Shown here one piece after another: positions 61,035 to 64,000 of a DNA stretch of 64,000 nucleotides (position 1 is the first letter of the stretch; each line of letters starts with the position of its first letter). The stretch spans positions 1 through 64,000 of the forward strand of contig JAAOMT010000372.1 in assembly GCA_016748015.1 (NCBI GenBank), given 5' to 3'. Source of the DNA: Geosiphon pyriformis uo1. Taxonomy: Eukaryota; Fungi; Glomeromycota. Position numbers and translations under genes: made by a program. The notes beneath the pieces are model-generated. The model did no database searches. It was given only the letters and a program-made list of their open reading frames with translations, and was not told the origin of the DNA.

Positions 61035-62324
61035 TTGAGTCAGTATTATCAAAATAGGCAGCCAATCAGATCATTTATGATATTTTTTGAGTCATGTACC
61101 ATAAACAAGATAATCATTGAAGATTGTTCCGAATTGATTTTGAAGAATATAAAAACCATTGTTCAAACCTTTGTTGACTATAAAGGGTCTTTTTTATTAG
61201 CTAGAGAATTTATCACCATAAACATTGTCTTTATCAGAATGGTATTCTAGTACCAAGTCATCAACACTTAAAGAAAGTGTTTTATAAGTTTTCTTTTTCT
61301 TAAGCTTTTTTTGAAACTGTTTTATCTTTTCAAAAGCAATTATTCGTGCTTCTACCAAGGAGTCAAAAATGGTACCAAGTTTTCTTTGCAAAATGGTTTT
61401 GTAATTTCTTATTGTGATCTCTTCAAAAGGTATTGTTTCAATGTTAGTTTTTATTGGCAGTATTGCCATGCATCTATAGAGCAGATAAAAAAGTACATAA
61501 CTTGTTATGTCATGATTCACAGTTCTATAAGCAAACAAAGCTAAAGACAGTACTTTGTCCCATAAGTTTGTTTCTTTACTGGTTTTGGTTAGGGTTTTAC
61601 ATAGTGTTTTATTGAAACGTTCTACTAGACTATTTGTTTGGGGGTGATAAGAAAAGGAAAGTTTATAATGTATTTCCATTTTTCTACAAAGTTTTTTAAC
61701 CAATGTACTGAGAAAAGCTCTTTCTCTATCAAATAAAAGTTCTTTGAGGCAGTTATAATGACAGATAATATTTTCATAAATAAAATTGGCTATTAAGACT
61801 GCTGTTTAGTTTGGGATGGCTCTTGCTTTTATCTACTTTGTAAGATAGTCAGTAGCTGTAATAATGTATCTGTTGTCATCAGAAGTTATTGTTAAAGGTC
61901 CAACAACATCTATACCAATTCTGTCAAATAGTTGACCAACAAAGATTGGATGGATATCTTCTTTGCAATTGGGTTTGCCTCTTCTTTGGCAGATGTTACA
62001 GGTTTTGATGTATTTAGCAATGTTCTTTTCCAAGATAGGCCAATAATAGCAAGCTAAAGTTTTCTGAATTGTCTTTGTTTTTTTAAAGTGTTTAGCTAAT
62101 GGGTCAGTATGCATGTTATATATTACAATTTTTCTTTCTTCAAATCTGATAACTCTTTGGAAGTGGTCAGAATCTTTTCTGTTTCTTTTGTATAACTGGT
62201 TCTGGTGAATCAAATAGAAATTTGATTGTTTGCACAAATGTTCTCTTTGTTGTTGAGTGTATTTTGGTTGGTATTGTCTTTTACCCAAAAATTCTATTAA
62301 GGCAAAGTAGTTGTTCAAGTCCAT
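61035..62324 (-). pseudogene. Element F integrase, stand-alone ORF
   Basis: ATG 62324: MDLNNYFALIEFL..HTDPLAKH..CNICQ..GIDVVGPL..YHPQTNSLVERFN. Confidence 0.9.
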
Positions 62325-62388
62325 TATTGTGTTTGTTTGTGAAAAAGTTATTAATAATTAAGTTGGTTTGGTTTGAAAAGTTGTACTG

Positions 62389-64000
62389 TTACTGGATGGT
62401 AAGTCTAGAGAGAGCATCAGCGTTTTAATGATTTGCTCTTTTATGGTATTAAATATCATAGTCGAATTCATCCAAGTAGAGTATTTAGCAAGTTATTCAT
62501 TTGTGTTCCAGCTTCTTTTTATTGCACAGCCAAACCAAGGCTTGATGATCTGTTACCACTAAGAATTTTGCACCAAAAAGATATTGCTCCCAGTAGCTAA
62601 TAGCCCAAACTATTGCTAGATATTCTTGTTCAATAACTGAATAATTTTTTTCTGCTGGTGTAAAAGATCTACTGGCATATGCTATGGCATGTTCTCTGCC
62701 ATTTTCATCTTTCTGTGAAAGAACAGTACCAAGTCCATAGCCAGATGTATCAGTGTGTAGGATAAAAGGTTGGTCCAGATTAGGTTGCTTGAGAATTGGT
62801 TCAGTAACAAGTTTTTCCTTTAGAATTTTAAAAGCTTTTTGTTGATGAGTGCCCCAATAATAATTGACATTTTTCTTGAGTAGCTGATTAAAAGAAAAGA
62901 CAATTTTGAAGAAATCCTTAATAAATTTGTGATAATAAGAGGAAAGAGCATAGTTTAGAAACATTTATTGGTTGTCTAATGTTCTGGATTTTTTCAACTT
63001 TAGCTGGATTAGGGAAAATTCTATCTTTTGTAATAAGATAACCAAGAAACTGAATGGATTGGTGTCCAAAGAAAAATTTGATTGGGTTGATCTTAAGACC
63101 AACATTTCTGAGCAGGTCAAAAATCTTCTGTAAATGTTCAAGGTGTTCATTCCAGGTTTTTGAATATACCATTATGTCATCCAAGTAAACCAGAACAAAG
63201 TTTTTTTTTACTGATTCAAACACTTTATTCATTAGGTATTGAAAAGTAGGAAGAGCATTAGTGAGACCAAAAAACATAACTGTGAATTCATAGGTGCCAT
63301 ACTTGGTAATGAAAACAGTTTTTTTTCTGCTTTCTGGATCCATCTCTACTTGCCAGAATCCAATAATTAAGTTAATAGTTGAGAAGAAAGCAGCACCATT
63401 GAATTTATCTAGCATTGCATCAATTATGGGGAGTAAGTACATGTCTCTTATAATGATAGCATTTAATTGACAGTAGTCAACACAAAAGTGTAGGGTTCCA
63501 CCTTTCTTGAATATCATTATAACTGGGAAAGCCCATTTACTCTTGGTTTCTTGTATGAATCCAAGATCTTTTATTTGGTTTATCTCTTTCTTGATAAACT
63601 TATCATTATGTCAATTGGATTGATAAAGCTTCAAATAGATGGAGTAAGTTTCTTTGGTAGTGATAGTGTGTTGTATTACATGGATTCGTTTAGAAGTATT
63701 ATTTTCTTTTGAGATAACTGGGCTATTTCTAGCCAACAAATTTTTAATGTCCACTTTTCTTTTTTCAGAGGAAGGTTTTCTTTGTTTTACAACTAGTGAT
63801 TGGATTTCAGATGGTTCATTTTCAAAGGACTTCTGAATTTCTTTTAGTTTTTCTCTGAGTATCAAACTAATTGGCTCCCAATCTTTGTAATAGATTAGGC
63901 AGGACTTGTATTTGTCACTAGGAGAATATAAAAATTTATTGCACCAGCACCTGGCACAAAGACTATACTACCAATAGCTGTATTTGGCTTTTTTGCCAGA
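62389..64000 (-). pseudogene. Element F RT-RNase H (partial)
   Basis: FCVDY, VYLDD, HTDTS, YASRS, TDHQAL, NADALSRLTIQ then TAA at 62391-62389. Confidence 0.9.

Larger units (their letters stand above)
59690..64000 (-). mobile_element. LTR element F: second copy of the D family, 3' part (runs off the right edge)
   Basis: 3' LTR 59690-60344, 3' ORF, integrase, RNase H and RT are all colinear with D. Confidence 0.92.

Overview
Eukaryotic, intron-containing, AT-rich fungal DNA. It is most likely Glomeromycota; the retroelement proteins look like Geosiphon/Rhizophagus families, which is recognition, not a database result. The first 2.7 kb holds two divergent host genes: a 7-exon DCC1 (+) and an unknown gene (-) running off the left edge. 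The remaining ~61 kb is a nested retroelement cluster decayed almost only by C>T/G>A transitions. It contains two APE-RT-RNaseH LINEs (4027-~16490, interrupted; 18081-24882, full length with TSD and poly-A) and six Ty3/gypsy LTR elements. A (10517-16241, -) is an internally deleted copy inside LINE-1. B (28185-37614, +), C (39041-48729, +), D (51166-58748, -) and F (59690->64000, -) all sit inside an older decayed element E. The most interesting signal is a shared, complex-retrovirus-like layout in these LTR families. (i) Gag-Pol begins at a conserved GUG, followed by a ~250-290-codon AUG-depleted extension before the first AUG at the capsid domain. (ii) A multi-CxxC domain and a dUTPase lie between protease and RT (A/B/C/E). 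(iii) RNase H ends in a stop codon, and integrase is a separate AUG-initiated ORF after an A/C-rich spacer. (iv) A further non-Env ORF ends at the PPT. (v) Each family has its own phased repeat array in U3. (vi) TSDs are 4 bp and termini are TGTTA...TAACA.
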